A stretch of DNA of 61,790 bases from Streptosporangiaceae bacterium (GTDB lineage Bacteria > Actinomycetota > Actinomycetes > Streptosporangiales > Streptosporangiaceae). The stretch covers positions 1 through 61,790 of the forward strand of contig JBAPYC010001315.1 of the NCBI GenBank assembly GCA_049284535.1. Direction: 5' to 3'. Both the position numbers and the translations under genes were made by a program. Shown here one piece after another: positions 25,563 through 34,471 of the stretch. The notes under the pieces were generated by a model. The model saw only the letters and a program-made list of their open reading frames with translations, was not told the DNA's origin and did no database searches. Positions within the stretch are counted from its first letter, which is position 1. The number at the start of each line of letters is the position of its first letter.

Positions 25563-26127
25563 GTCGGCACTCCGCACCTCAGTCGCCGACCTGAACGCGG
25601 TCGGAGTACGGTGGGCACTCGTCGGCGGCCTGGCCGTGTCCGCCCGCACTATCCCCCGGTTCACCAAGGATCTCGACTTCGCCATCGCCGTAGCTAGCGA
25701 CAGCGAGGCGGAGGAGGCAGTGCACAGGCTTCGCTCACGCGGCTACTACCCCATCGAGGTACTCGAGCAGGACTATGTGGAACGCCTGTCCGGCGTCCGG
25801 ATGGCACGCAACGCCTCAGACGTGCTCGTAGATCTGCTCTTCGCCAGCTCAGGGATCGAGAACGAAGTCGTAGCGAGCGCCGACCATCTCGAGGTGCTGC
25901 CCCACCTGACTGTCCCGGTCGCGACCACGCCTCATCTGATTGCGCTCAAGGTACTGGCCGGGCGCAGCCAGGACCTCACAGACCTTGGCTACCTCATCCC
26001 GTCAGCGTCATCCGCCGAACTCGATGCCGCCCGTGAAGCAGTCAAGCTCATCCAGGCCCGCGGGTTCAGCCGGGGACAGGATGTTGCCGCCGACCTGGAA
26101 ACTCTCATCTCGGACGCGAACCGCTGA
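25549..26127 (+). CDS. Nucleotidyltransferase-fold protein (AbiEii/DUF6036-like small NTase)
   Basis: GVRWALVGGLAVSARTIPRFTKDLDFAIAV (GG-x-A-x(n)-R-x-T-x-D-[LI]-D)...VPVATTPHLIALKVLAGR. GTG start at 25549, inside the end of the previous gene. Confidence 0.6.
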   Translation: MASAESALRTSVADLNAVGVRWALVGGLAVSARTIPRFTKDLDFAIAVASDSEAEEAVHRLRSRGYYPIEVLEQDYVERLSGVRMARNASDVLVDLLFASSGIENEVVASADHLEVLPHLTVPVATTPHLIALKVLAGRSQDLTDLGYLIPSASSAELDAAREAVKLIQARGFSRGQDVAADLETLISDANR

Positions 26128-26233
26128 CAGCCGGCCACAACCTGCGAGGTCGATTTCGCAATCCAGGCCCGTGGAGCCGGCGGTCGGCACCCCGACCGCC
26201 GGCGCTGCAGAAACGATCAGGCGGTCCCGCTGG

Positions 26234-27004
26234 CTACGACCGCAGATAACCGATACCGGCGGTGATCAGCCACGTCGCGGACTCGGAGGTGAGGTTCCAC
26301 GGGCGCGAACGCAGAACCTGGCGAAGGAGCTTACGGTCGGCCACCACGGGCGGCTCGCGTGGCAGGCGTTTCCTGAGCTCCCCGCCCTGTCCCCAGTGCG
26401 TGTCAGCCGGATCCTCAAGGGCCAGTAGCAGCCTGTCGACCAGGTCAGGCCAGCGGGGATGACCCCACCAGTGCGGGCAGGCCAGCGCGCCGTGCGCCGC
26501 GGTCCGCGCCATGCCGAAGCGCGCTCCCCGGCCGGCGGCTTGCCTAGCGAATCCTCCCAGCCGCAGGCTGGCATCGTCTTCGTACTCCGGCAGGTCACCG
26601 CGGGCAAGCTCGGCCAGCGTGACGCCGGTGATCAGCCTCCGGCTCGGGTTCACCAGCCACCGGAACACCCGGGTCGCGAGCCATTCGACATCCTCTGGGG
26701 CGACATCGTCGAGCGCCGATAGCGGCCCGGTGGCGGCCAGGCCGGTCTCTGTCATCCAGCGGTGCAGGATCTGGCGGGCACGCCAGGTCATATGGCTGCT
26801 GACCCGCATCATGTCGCCGTCGTGCAGACGGCCCTCGGCGTGCCAGTCCTCAACGCACGTGTTCCGCCATGCGCTGCTGACCAGCCCCAGCGCCGCCAGG
26901 TCAATGACCGGACCCAGCCTGCCCGGATCGATGACGCCTCGCTCGCGGAGCATTTCGGCGATAAGGCGTCCTCCATGGTCAGGGCTGAGCTCATCGGCGG
27001 TCAT
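26234..27004 (-). CDS. Hypothetical protein (no family recognised; contains one R-x5-H element)
   Basis: 256 aa, predicted mostly helical. WRARQILHRW is the only motif-like element. 42 nt downstream of the NTase-domain gene on the same strand. Confidence 0.5.
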   Translation of the reverse strand: MTADELSPDHGGRLIAEMLRERGVIDPGRLGPVIDLAALGLVSSAWRNTCVEDWHAEGRLHDGDMMRVSSHMTWRARQILHRWMTETGLAATGPLSALDDVAPEDVEWLATRVFRWLVNPSRRLITGVTLAELARGDLPEYEDDASLRLGGFARQAAGRGARFGMARTAAHGALACPHWWGHPRWPDLVDRLLLALEDPADTHWGQGGELRKRLPREPPVVADRKLLRQVLRSRPWNLTSESATWLITAGIGYLRS

Positions 27005-27046
27005 GGTTCACGCGTCCTGCCCCTGATTCCGCACGCCAGCACGCGC

Positions 27047-27910
27047 TCAGCCCCACGCAGCCTGATCCAGCTGCTGCCTGTCGAGGGGAACGATCCGCAG
27101 GCAGTCCAAGGGCCGGGTCCTGGTGGGATGGACCACCTCGAGCCATTCCGTGCCGCCGAAGGTCGTCAGGCATGCCCGGACCGGCCTGAAGTACCGCAAC
27201 CCGAACCCGGCGAAATACGGCGTTTCCCTGTCGCGGATATCAGCTCCGTGAAGATGGCAGCGGCCAGGATCGATGCCACGCTGTTCCCAGTAGCGGACGA
27301 CCGCCGTGGCCGCCCGGTGCAGCGGACTCGAGGGTTTCCACCGGCCCGCAAGGTGCTCTGCGGCGATACGGCTCGTGATCGGGCCCTCCGGTAGCACGAC
27401 GCGGTCAAGCCCGATGGCCTTGCTGCTGACAGCCGCGCAGAGGACCTCGCGATACGGGCGGGGCACCCATGCGTCGAGTCCTTCGAACTGCGGCAGCATG
27501 GAATCGCGTGGCGCCCGTCCCGCCGCAGGGTCAGCCTTGATCGCGTGCAGGCGTTTCAGCCCGGTAGCGAGGCTCTCGCCCCTGCGCCACAGCAAGGTCA
27601 GTTCGAAATCTGCCTGCTCGCGGAAGTTGAAGGTGAACTGGCAGTCACGTTTGCCGGTGGCGAGCCGCTGGCGCATCAGCGCGTTCGGATCGCGGCCGTA
27701 AGCAAGCGAAGTGACGAAATGCGAGCACCACTCATCGTCGTTCTCGTGCTCTACATCGATGTCGAGGTCATGCGGAGCCAGCGCGCCGCGGGCGAACGAG
27801 CCGAACAGGTAAACCTCGGTGACCAGGCTCAGCGGCCAGTCCTGCTGGCCGTCATGGGCACTTCGCAAGACATACTCGACAAGCCTGACGGCCCGGTCCC
27901 GCTGCACCAT
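27047..27910 (-). CDS. Nucleotidyltransferase-domain protein (minimal Pol-beta-type NTase N-terminus plus ~200-aa unknown C-terminal region)
   Basis: VYLFGSFARGALAPHDLDIDVEH gives the G-S-x9-D-x-D signature of MNT/Pol-beta-superfamily NTases. 287 aa. Confidence 0.6.
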   Translation of the reverse strand: MVQRDRAVRLVEYVLRSAHDGQQDWPLSLVTEVYLFGSFARGALAPHDLDIDVEHENDDEWCSHFVTSLAYGRDPNALMRQRLATGKRDCQFTFNFREQADFELTLLWRRGESLATGLKRLHAIKADPAAGRAPRDSMLPQFEGLDAWVPRPYREVLCAAVSSKAIGLDRVVLPEGPITSRIAAEHLAGRWKPSSPLHRAATAVVRYWEQRGIDPGRCHLHGADIRDRETPYFAGFGLRYFRPVRACLTTFGGTEWLEVVHPTRTRPLDCLRIVPLDRQQLDQAAWG

Positions 27911-28121
27911 TCGAGTCTGCCACGCCTAGCCCACCGTTACTGCCGAAAGTAAGCATATGATCACAGATGAGTAGTACCGGTTACGTCCGGGCGGCTGCTC
28001 CAGCGTACGAGCCCTTGCCAGGACCAGCCTCACCCGAAGGCGCCGCGATGCCTGGACGGCGAACGCCTGGAGACGGGTGAGCGCGACCGCGGGGCGCCCG
28101 GCGCGGAGCCTGCCGCCGCGT

Positions 28122-30410
28122 TCAACGATGCCGCCGCCGACCGCCCTTGCGCGGCCGGGCAGACCGTGACCTGGCCTTCTTCTTCCGATGGGGGGCGGTC
28201 ACCGTCGCCTGCGCTGCCGGGCGTGCACGGCGGGCCGCGTGCGCCACTTCGGGGTCCGGGTGCTGGGACAGCGGCCTTGCGAGGAGCGCGAAGGTGCCGG
28301 GCGCCGCGCGCGCGATCACGGCGAGCAGAGCCGTAGCACCGCCGGGCCAGCCATCCGCCGCGCGGTCGAAGGCTTCCCTCAGCTCTGGCGGCAGCCATGG
28401 GTCACTGCCGGGATCGGCGCTGGTCATCCGGTGAGCGAGGAACGCCGCGTGGCTCACCTCCTGGAGCTCGCCCGCAAGGAGCACGGCCCGGGCGGAGGCG
28501 GGCACGTCTGCCTCATCGGACGGGAGGCCGCGCAAGCGCAGTGCCCGCTCGGCGAAGGCTCCGATGACTCCGTCCGGCACGGCACCACGTAGCACCTCGG
28601 CCGGTGCGGCGCCGAGGTCGACCAGGCGCATCAGGTGCGCAGGCGCCAGTACCCTGTCATCGGACGGCGGCGCGCTCAGCGCAGGCAGGAGCGTCTCCCA
28701 GCCGGCCGCGCCGCGGGCCGCCAGCCAGTCGCGCAGCACCTGCCGCGCCGCCGCTTCCGGCCAGTTGCCGACGGCGCCGGCCAGCTGCCGGGCGTCCCAG
28801 GACAACCCCTCGTCCCGGGTCGGGAACGACGCCGCCGCCTTCTCGTCCAGTTCCGTCGTGCCCAGGATCAGCGCGTCGCGCACCAGCGCCGAGCCCAGCG
28901 GCGTCAGGGCGATCGCGTCACCGGCGCGGGTGGTGATGCCGAGCCCCGCCAGCCGGTCGACGACGCGAGCCAGCCGGGAGGCGGCGGGCTCGAGTTCTTC
29001 ACGGTCCTCCTCGGTGAGGCCGGGGATGCCGGTGAGCTGCGACAGAACCGGGATGGCGGGCAGCTGGTAAGGCCCGGCGTCCGCAGCGGGAGCATCGCGT
29101 GCGGCCTCAGTTTCCGGGGAGAGGATCCATTCCTCAGCCACTGCCGCCTGCCATGCCAGGGACTGCGGGATCCCGGCATGCTCGTAGAGGGAGTACAGCA
29201 GCAGCAGGTTCTCGCCGGGGAATTCCTCGGCGGTCTCCTCGTCCTGTACCATCTGGGCGAGCAGCGCGCCCAGCACGTCCAGGGCCAGTCCGGCCAGCTC
29301 GGCAGGCGTGCCCTCTGTCCAGATCTCGGCGGCGGTGCCGGGCAGCAGCAGGCCTTCCCCGCCTCGCCGCAGGAAGCCGCTGGCCAGCGTCATATCCAGC
29401 AGCGGCAGGTCAGCGTGTTCGGGGTCGGCGGCGGTCGCGGCTAGCGACGCGGGCAGCGGCGCCGCGCGGATGGCGGCGGCTACATCCTGGGCGGTAGCAG
29501 GCAGCGGCGCGGGAGCCAGCGGGACAACGCCGGGCCCGAACATCTCCAGGTGCGTGGTGGCGAGTTCCTCCACCACATCCAGCAGCGGTGCCGGCCGGTC
29601 CAGGCCAGGCGCGAGCCGGGTGGCCCGCCCGCGCAGCAGCGCGTCCAGCCCGGCCGCCGTCCAGCGGTCCGCCAGAAACCCGGCCTGGGCGTCAAACCAC
29701 AAGCCCGCGGCCTTCTGATCCTCCGTGTCCCGCGGGGCTCCCGCGACCAGCGGCACACTGTCGTGCCCGACCAGCCGCTCGCGCAGCACGACCGACTCCA
29801 GCCGGCGGGCTAGCAGCAGACGGGCCTGCCGCGAGCGCTCGCCGATCAGTGCCCGGACGAACGCCGCCGAGGCGAGCGGGACCACCCCGGAAGCGTCAGC
29901 GGCCGCCAAGCCGAGCGCTGGGCACCGCTGCGGGTAGGGACGGCCCGCCATGGCGTCCACCCAGGCGCCGACGGCCTGCGGATCGGCGGCGTCAACGCCT
30001 TCGGCGCGCAGCAACTGGCTGTACAGCCGCGCCCATGTAACGCGGCGCGGGCTGGTCATCGCCGACTCGAACTGCGGCCGCAGCGTCTCGACCTCGGCAA
30101 TGAGCCGGTCCCGCCGCTTGGCGTTGAGTTTGCCTGCCGCATGCGTGTGGCCGATGAGCGCGACCAGCACGGCCGGGTAACCGGCCAGATCGGCCGGGAT
30201 GGCGCTGACGTACAACGGCAGCAGGACGAGCATCAGCTCCTTCACCAGCTCAGCCGCTGGTTCAGGCAAGCCGGTGCGGCGCCGCGCCCCGGACAGCGCC
30301 AGCAGGCCGACAACGGCCTCAGCCGCCCGCGGCTCCAGTGGGTCGCCGTGCCGGCAACCCCAGTCGAGAAGCGGGGCGAGATCGAGGTTGAGAGGCGCAA
30401 TGCTGTTCAC
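28122..30410 (-). CDS. Large hypothetical protein (762 aa, Ala/Leu-rich helical, highly basic C-terminal tail)
   Basis: Long uninterrupted ORF with coding-like composition. The tail is PHRKKKARSRSARPRKGGRRRHR. No catalytic motif recognised. Confidence 0.55.
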   Translation of the reverse strand: MNSIAPLNLDLAPLLDWGCRHGDPLEPRAAEAVVGLLALSGARRRTGLPEPAAELVKELMLVLLPLYVSAIPADLAGYPAVLVALIGHTHAAGKLNAKRRDRLIAEVETLRPQFESAMTSPRRVTWARLYSQLLRAEGVDAADPQAVGAWVDAMAGRPYPQRCPALGLAAADASGVVPLASAAFVRALIGERSRQARLLLARRLESVVLRERLVGHDSVPLVAGAPRDTEDQKAAGLWFDAQAGFLADRWTAAGLDALLRGRATRLAPGLDRPAPLLDVVEELATTHLEMFGPGVVPLAPAPLPATAQDVAAAIRAAPLPASLAATAADPEHADLPLLDMTLASGFLRRGGEGLLLPGTAAEIWTEGTPAELAGLALDVLGALLAQMVQDEETAEEFPGENLLLLYSLYEHAGIPQSLAWQAAVAEEWILSPETEAARDAPAADAGPYQLPAIPVLSQLTGIPGLTEEDREELEPAASRLARVVDRLAGLGITTRAGDAIALTPLGSALVRDALILGTTELDEKAAASFPTRDEGLSWDARQLAGAVGNWPEAAARQVLRDWLAARGAAGWETLLPALSAPPSDDRVLAPAHLMRLVDLGAAPAEVLRGAVPDGVIGAFAERALRLRGLPSDEADVPASARAVLLAGELQEVSHAAFLAHRMTSADPGSDPWLPPELREAFDRAADGWPGGATALLAVIARAAPGTFALLARPLSQHPDPEVAHAARRARPAAQATVTAPHRKKKARSRSARPRKGGRRRHR

Positions 30411-30731
30411 CTGGGCAGCCTAACCACCCCCATGGCCAGCAATCCGTACATCAGATCAGCCAATTCCGCACGACACCGGGTGGCTGCCGTGACGACCGGT
30501 CCGGTCGGTCACTTGAGCGTGTGCGTCGCTCCGCTCATCACGGAAGGCGGCCCGGACCCGCCCGCACAGCCCAGCTGACGAAGCAGCTGGCTCATACCTG
30601 CCGTCCAGCCATAATAGGCCAGGCAATGGGTCAAATACCGAACACGCCGCTGGATAACCGTGGACGCTGGACCCGTACGCGTTACCCTTATTGCCTGATT
30701 TCCCTGATTCGGGGAAATCGCACCGGTTTCC

Positions 30732-30754
30732 GTGTTCAAGTCCCCCTCGGACAC
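30732..30754 (+). repeat. tRNA-Leu 3'-end remnant (att-like core), copy R1
   Basis: gtgttcaagtccccctcggacac versus the tRNA ggttcaagtcccccctcggacac (one C shorter). Confidence 0.75.
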
Positions 30755-30829
30755 ATCATCATGCATAGCCCTGACCTGCGGTCATCCGTTTCCCGGTGTG
30801 GGCAGGTGAGCAAGGCCGCAGGTCACAGT

Positions 30830-30856
30830 CATGGGGGTTAAGTCTCTCTCGGACAC
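30830..30856 (+). repeat. tRNA-Leu 3'-end remnant, copy R2
   Basis: catgggggttaagtctctctcggacac versus the tRNA catgggggttcaagtcccccctcggacac. Confidence 0.75.
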
Positions 30857-31418
30857 ATGCTTACGTATACGCTGACAGCCCATGCACGTGGCGGAACCTA
30901 CCCGGTGCTTCTGCACCTCATCAGCGGCCATGGCTTTATTCCGGTGTGCCAGAACACACATCTCCGCCCGTATCCTTTTCACCCGTAAGCGCAGATATGA
31001 ATCCGGCAAAGCTCTGACTTGGGATTCTTATCAGTCCACGCCATCGCCGGGGATTGACTATCGCCTGGCTGCCGGTCGTCGGCATGACTTGCAGTCACTC
31101 AGTGTAATGTGGCTCGTTTGCCTGGTCGACGGCGTTCTCGCAGAACGCTGACTCCGAGCTCGGCAGGCAGCGAACCGGTGAACCTGGCTGATCATCGTCG
31201 GCTGGCCCGAGCGCGCGTCCGCCGGGGATTGCGGAACATCCGCGCGAAGACCGCCCAGCCCGCCGGCGCACCGAAACCCCGGCAAACCCGGGCCCGGACG
31301 GCCGCCAGGCTCGAAAAACCGCCGCCCCATACCCGCCATGACGTGGGAAAACGACCAAGAGGGAACTCACACTCAAAGCAAGCCGAACGCTCAGGTTAAA
31401 CGACGAGCTCAGGCCATG

Positions 31419-32060
31419 TCATAGGAGATGACTGGTGTCGTTGACGCGCCTGACGGCAGCGAACTCATGGCCGTGCCATTGGATCTCGTTGATGCAGGCG
31501 GAGCCGAGGTACAACCGGTAGAGCGTGGTAAGCGGGACGTCGAGGGCCCGGCACAGCAGTATTTTTATCGGCGTTATGTGGCTTACCACCAGCACACTCT
31601 GACCGTAGTGGTCACGCAGGAGCCGGTCACAAGCCTGGTGGACCCTCTGGGCGGTGTCAGCGAAGCTTTCACCGCCCGGCGGTGCCTGCTCGGGATTGTG
31701 CTGCCAGGCGGCCACTGCTTCGGGCCATCGTTCCTGAATCTCGGCCAGGGTGAAGCCTTCCCATTCGCCAAAGTCCGTTTCCCGTAGGTCATCATCGGTG
31801 GCGGCGGTCAGACCCAATTCAGTGGCCGCGATGGCAGCGGTGGCGGCAGCACGCCGCAACGGTGAGGTGACAACGGCGTCGATCCGGGCGCCGGCGGCCA
31901 GCCGGCAGGCAGCGGCTCTGGCCTGCCGGGAGCCGTCGGCGCTGAGAGGCAGGTCGCACAGACCACTGAACCGGTGTTCTGGTGACATGCGGGTGTCACC
32001 ATGCCGCAGCAGGACCGTGATGGTGGGTTGTGCTGTGGGATTGGTCCAGCCGAGTGTCAT
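31419..32060 (-). CDS. Histidine phosphatase family protein (phosphoglycerate-mutase-like / CobC-like)
   Basis: ITVLLRHGDT (RHG catalytic motif)...VVTSPLRRAAATA...VLVVSHITPIK. 4-nt overlap with the upstream glycosyltransferase gene. Confidence 0.8.
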   Translation of the reverse strand: MTLGWTNPTAQPTITVLLRHGDTRMSPEHRFSGLCDLPLSADGSRQARAAACRLAAGARIDAVVTSPLRRAAATAAIAATELGLTAATDDDLRETDFGEWEGFTLAEIQERWPEAVAAWQHNPEQAPPGGESFADTAQRVHQACDRLLRDHYGQSVLVVSHITPIKILLCRALDVPLTTLYRLYLGSACINEIQWHGHEFAAVRRVNDTSHLL

Positions 32061-33064
32061 GGCAGCCCCGCAAGGATGGTGAAGAACTGTTGCGCTGATT
32101 GCTCCCAGGTGGGCAGGCTCCGGGCCCGGCAGGCCGCGGCGGCCCCCATCCTGCGGCGTTCGGGCTCGTCCTCGGCGAGTCTGCGCAGCGCACTGGCAAG
32201 CGCCCGGATATCGCCGGGCGTGATCACGATGCCCTGCTCGCCGTCGTCGACGAGATGTGGCAGGTTGCCGCAGCGCCAGCCGATCACCGGAAGGCCCGCA
32301 TCCATCGCTTCCGCAATGGCGGTACCGTACGTCTCCCAGCGTGAAACCGAGACGAACAGGTCGGCCGAGCGGTACAGATGCCCCACCTCGGCGTCGTCAC
32401 AGGGCCCATGCCGCACGACCCGGTCTGACAGGTCGCGCATCCGGCGGATCACGCGCCGCCCGTAGGCCGTGTCTGTCCGCTCGTCGCCTGCGAAGTGCAG
32501 GCGCAGCGTACCGGCCGGCACGGCGGCGGCTGCGTCCAGCAGCTCGAGGATGCCCTTGTTGGGCAGCCAGTTAGCCACGCACAGCGCAGCGGCTCGGGCC
32601 CCGTGCCGCAGGTTGCTGGCCTTCGTTCCCGGCTTCTGGTCCCGGCCAGGAGGCACGACAACGGCCTGATCAAACGAGCCGGTTAGCACTGCACCGGCGA
32701 CGATCACCGTTTCGCAGCGCTGGTAGAGGTATCGGTCCAGCCGGGCCTGTACCCATCGGCGGAGCGGTGCGTGATCGATTCCACCGGGCGGCTGATGAAC
32801 GATGGCGGCCAGCCGCCGCGGGCGCCGCAGAATTATCCACGGGGCCAGGAACGCCGCTGCGATGCTGTCGACCAAGACCACATCGGCCTCGCCAGCAGTA
32901 CGCAGCACCTGGTGGCCATACAGGTAGGGCAGCCGCGGTGGCAGTGACGCGAACGCGATTCGCGCGTCGTTACGCGGCGCGAGTTCGGCCATCTTCCGGT
33001 GGTACCGGTATCCGCCCGTCAGGGTAGCCGGGTCACCTAGGGTAATCAGGCATACCGTCAGCAT
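32057..33064 (-). CDS. Glycosyltransferase, GT-B fold, group 1 (GT4-like)
   Basis: ADLFVSVSRWETYGTAIAEAMDAGLPVIGWRCGNLPHLVDDGEQGIV (E-x7-E region). Start taken at MLTVCLITLG (33064). Confidence 0.8.
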   Translation of the reverse strand: MLTVCLITLGDPATLTGGYRYHRKMAELAPRNDARIAFASLPPRLPYLYGHQVLRTAGEADVVLVDSIAAAFLAPWIILRRPRRLAAIVHQPPGGIDHAPLRRWVQARLDRYLYQRCETVIVAGAVLTGSFDQAVVVPPGRDQKPGTKASNLRHGARAAALCVANWLPNKGILELLDAAAAVPAGTLRLHFAGDERTDTAYGRRVIRRMRDLSDRVVRHGPCDDAEVGHLYRSADLFVSVSRWETYGTAIAEAMDAGLPVIGWRCGNLPHLVDDGEQGIVITPGDIRALASALRRLAEDEPERRRMGAAAACRARSLPTWEQSAQQFFTILAGLP

Positions 33065-33468
33065 GGTGCGCGGTATCCGCCAAACGCGACCGGAGTCTCC
33101 CACACCCGTACCGCCAGCATGTCAGCGCCTTCCGTGGCCACAGCGGACGCGAGTGTGTCATGCACCCAGCGGGCGAACACCTCGACGGTGACCGCCTCAG
33201 CGCTGGCGGGCCGGATCTCCTCAAGGTTGCGCCCATCGATCCGCCCAGTCAGCTCGGTCATCGCCGCCTCCAGCACATCCAGGTCGCAGACCATGCCTCT
33301 TTCGTCCAGCCGCTCGCGGTCAACCACCACCTCGATTCGGTAGTCGTGATCATGCAGCTGACCCTCCGGACCCGGCAGTCCCGGCATGATGTGAAAAGCA
33401 CGGACACCCCGGCTCAGGCCCACTTCATATGTCACAGATCGCACTCCTGTCGTAGTCGAGAACGGCAT
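33058..33468 (-). CDS. 6-pyruvoyl-tetrahydropterin synthase / QueD-family protein
   Basis: AFHIMPGLPGPEGQLHDHDYRIEVVVD...GMVCDLDVLEAAMTEL matches the PTPS-fold pattern (s-A-a-H..., H-x-H-x-Y, m-v-x-D-f-x-x-L). The start could be GTG 33435 instead of ATG 33468. Confidence 0.7.
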   Translation of the reverse strand: MPFSTTTGVRSVTYEVGLSRGVRAFHIMPGLPGPEGQLHDHDYRIEVVVDRERLDERGMVCDLDVLEAAMTELTGRIDGRNLEEIRPASAEAVTVEVFARWVHDTLASAVATEGADMLAVRVWETPVAFGGYRAPC

Positions 33469-34405
33469 GCATCAGGCCGGGCGTGTTCTCGTCCACCGCG
33501 CGGAACGCCTCGGCGGCCTCACTGAAGGCGAACACGTGTGTGCATAGCTCTGGTAGCGGAAGCTCAGGCATCAGCTCAACGGCCTCCAGCCGGCGGCGAG
33601 ACCGCGGCCATGTCACGGACAGCCGGGACGGAACCGTGGAGACCTGGGTACTGCGGATGGTCAGGCGGCGGCGGTGAAAGGCGCCGCCGAGCGGCAACAC
33701 CACTGGTTTGGTGCCGAACCAGGACGCGACCAGCAAGGTGCCCTCGTGGGCCAGCATGTCCAGCGCCATGGCCGGTGCATCCGGGTTACCGCTGGCGTCG
33801 ATGACCAGCGCGACTTCCTCCTTCATCAGCTCCTCGGGTGCTGCGGCGGTGACGCCGAGGCTGCTGGCCAGGACACGCCGCCACGCCTGAGGTTCGGCCA
33901 GCAGCGGCCGCTGCCCCGAGCGCTGCAGCAGCAAGGCGGTCAGCAGCCCGAGTACGCCGGCGCCGAGCACGATGACCCGGTCGCGGTATCCCGTCCCGGC
34001 GTCGAGGGTCACCTGCAAGGCTGTCTCCACCAGCGGGAACAAGGTTGCGGACGCGGGATCGATGGCTGGAAGGGAAATCAGGTCACTGGCCCGCGCCGCG
34101 AATACGTCCTGATGCGGCTGGAATGCGAAAACCGCCCGGCCGGAGTCCGCTACTTCGCCAACACACGCATAGCCGTAAGGGAAGGGATAGCGGAAGGCGC
34201 CGCCAAGTGCGTCGATCGTGTTGTCCAGCGCCAGATCCTCAGGGACCTCGCCACGGTAAACCAGCCGTTCGGTGCCGCTGCTGATGCCGGAGAACAAGGT
34301 GCTGATAAGGACCTCGCCCGCCGCTGGCCGCGGCGTGGGCAGCTCCCTGATCTCCACGCAGCGCGGCGCGGTGTGAAACAGCGCGCGAGCGGGCACGCAA
34401 CGCAC
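33425..34405 (-). CDS. Medium-chain dehydrogenase/reductase (zinc-type ADH fold, BchC-like)
   Basis: GEVLISTLFSGISSGTERLVYRG...VIVLGAGVLGLLTALLL (Rossmann fold). Confidence 0.75.
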   Translation of the reverse strand: MRCVPARALFHTAPRCVEIRELPTPRPAAGEVLISTLFSGISSGTERLVYRGEVPEDLALDNTIDALGGAFRYPFPYGYACVGEVADSGRAVFAFQPHQDVFAARASDLISLPAIDPASATLFPLVETALQVTLDAGTGYRDRVIVLGAGVLGLLTALLLQRSGQRPLLAEPQAWRRVLASSLGVTAAAPEELMKEEVALVIDASGNPDAPAMALDMLAHEGTLLVASWFGTKPVVLPLGGAFHRRRLTIRSTQVSTVPSRLSVTWPRSRRRLEAVELMPELPLPELCTHVFAFSEAAEAFRAVDENTPGLMHAVLDYDRSAICDI

Positions 34406-34471
34406 CTACCCGCCGACAAACCTGGCGAAACGCCGCGGTTGATCACCGCCGTAGGAGGGTAGCGGACTTCC

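Noticed and set aside
30697-30731. Hairpin with a 7-nt loop upstream of remnant R1, considered as a tRNA anticodon arm or a full degenerate tRNA
   Set aside because: The loop tgattcg lacks the U33/purine-37 pattern. No matching acceptor 5' strand or D arm exists upstream. The T-stem of R1 does not pair.
34406-34471. FMN (RFN) riboswitch upstream of the GCH II-RibD_C gene
   Set aside because: The intergenic region is only 66 nt and shows none of the conserved RFN core segments.
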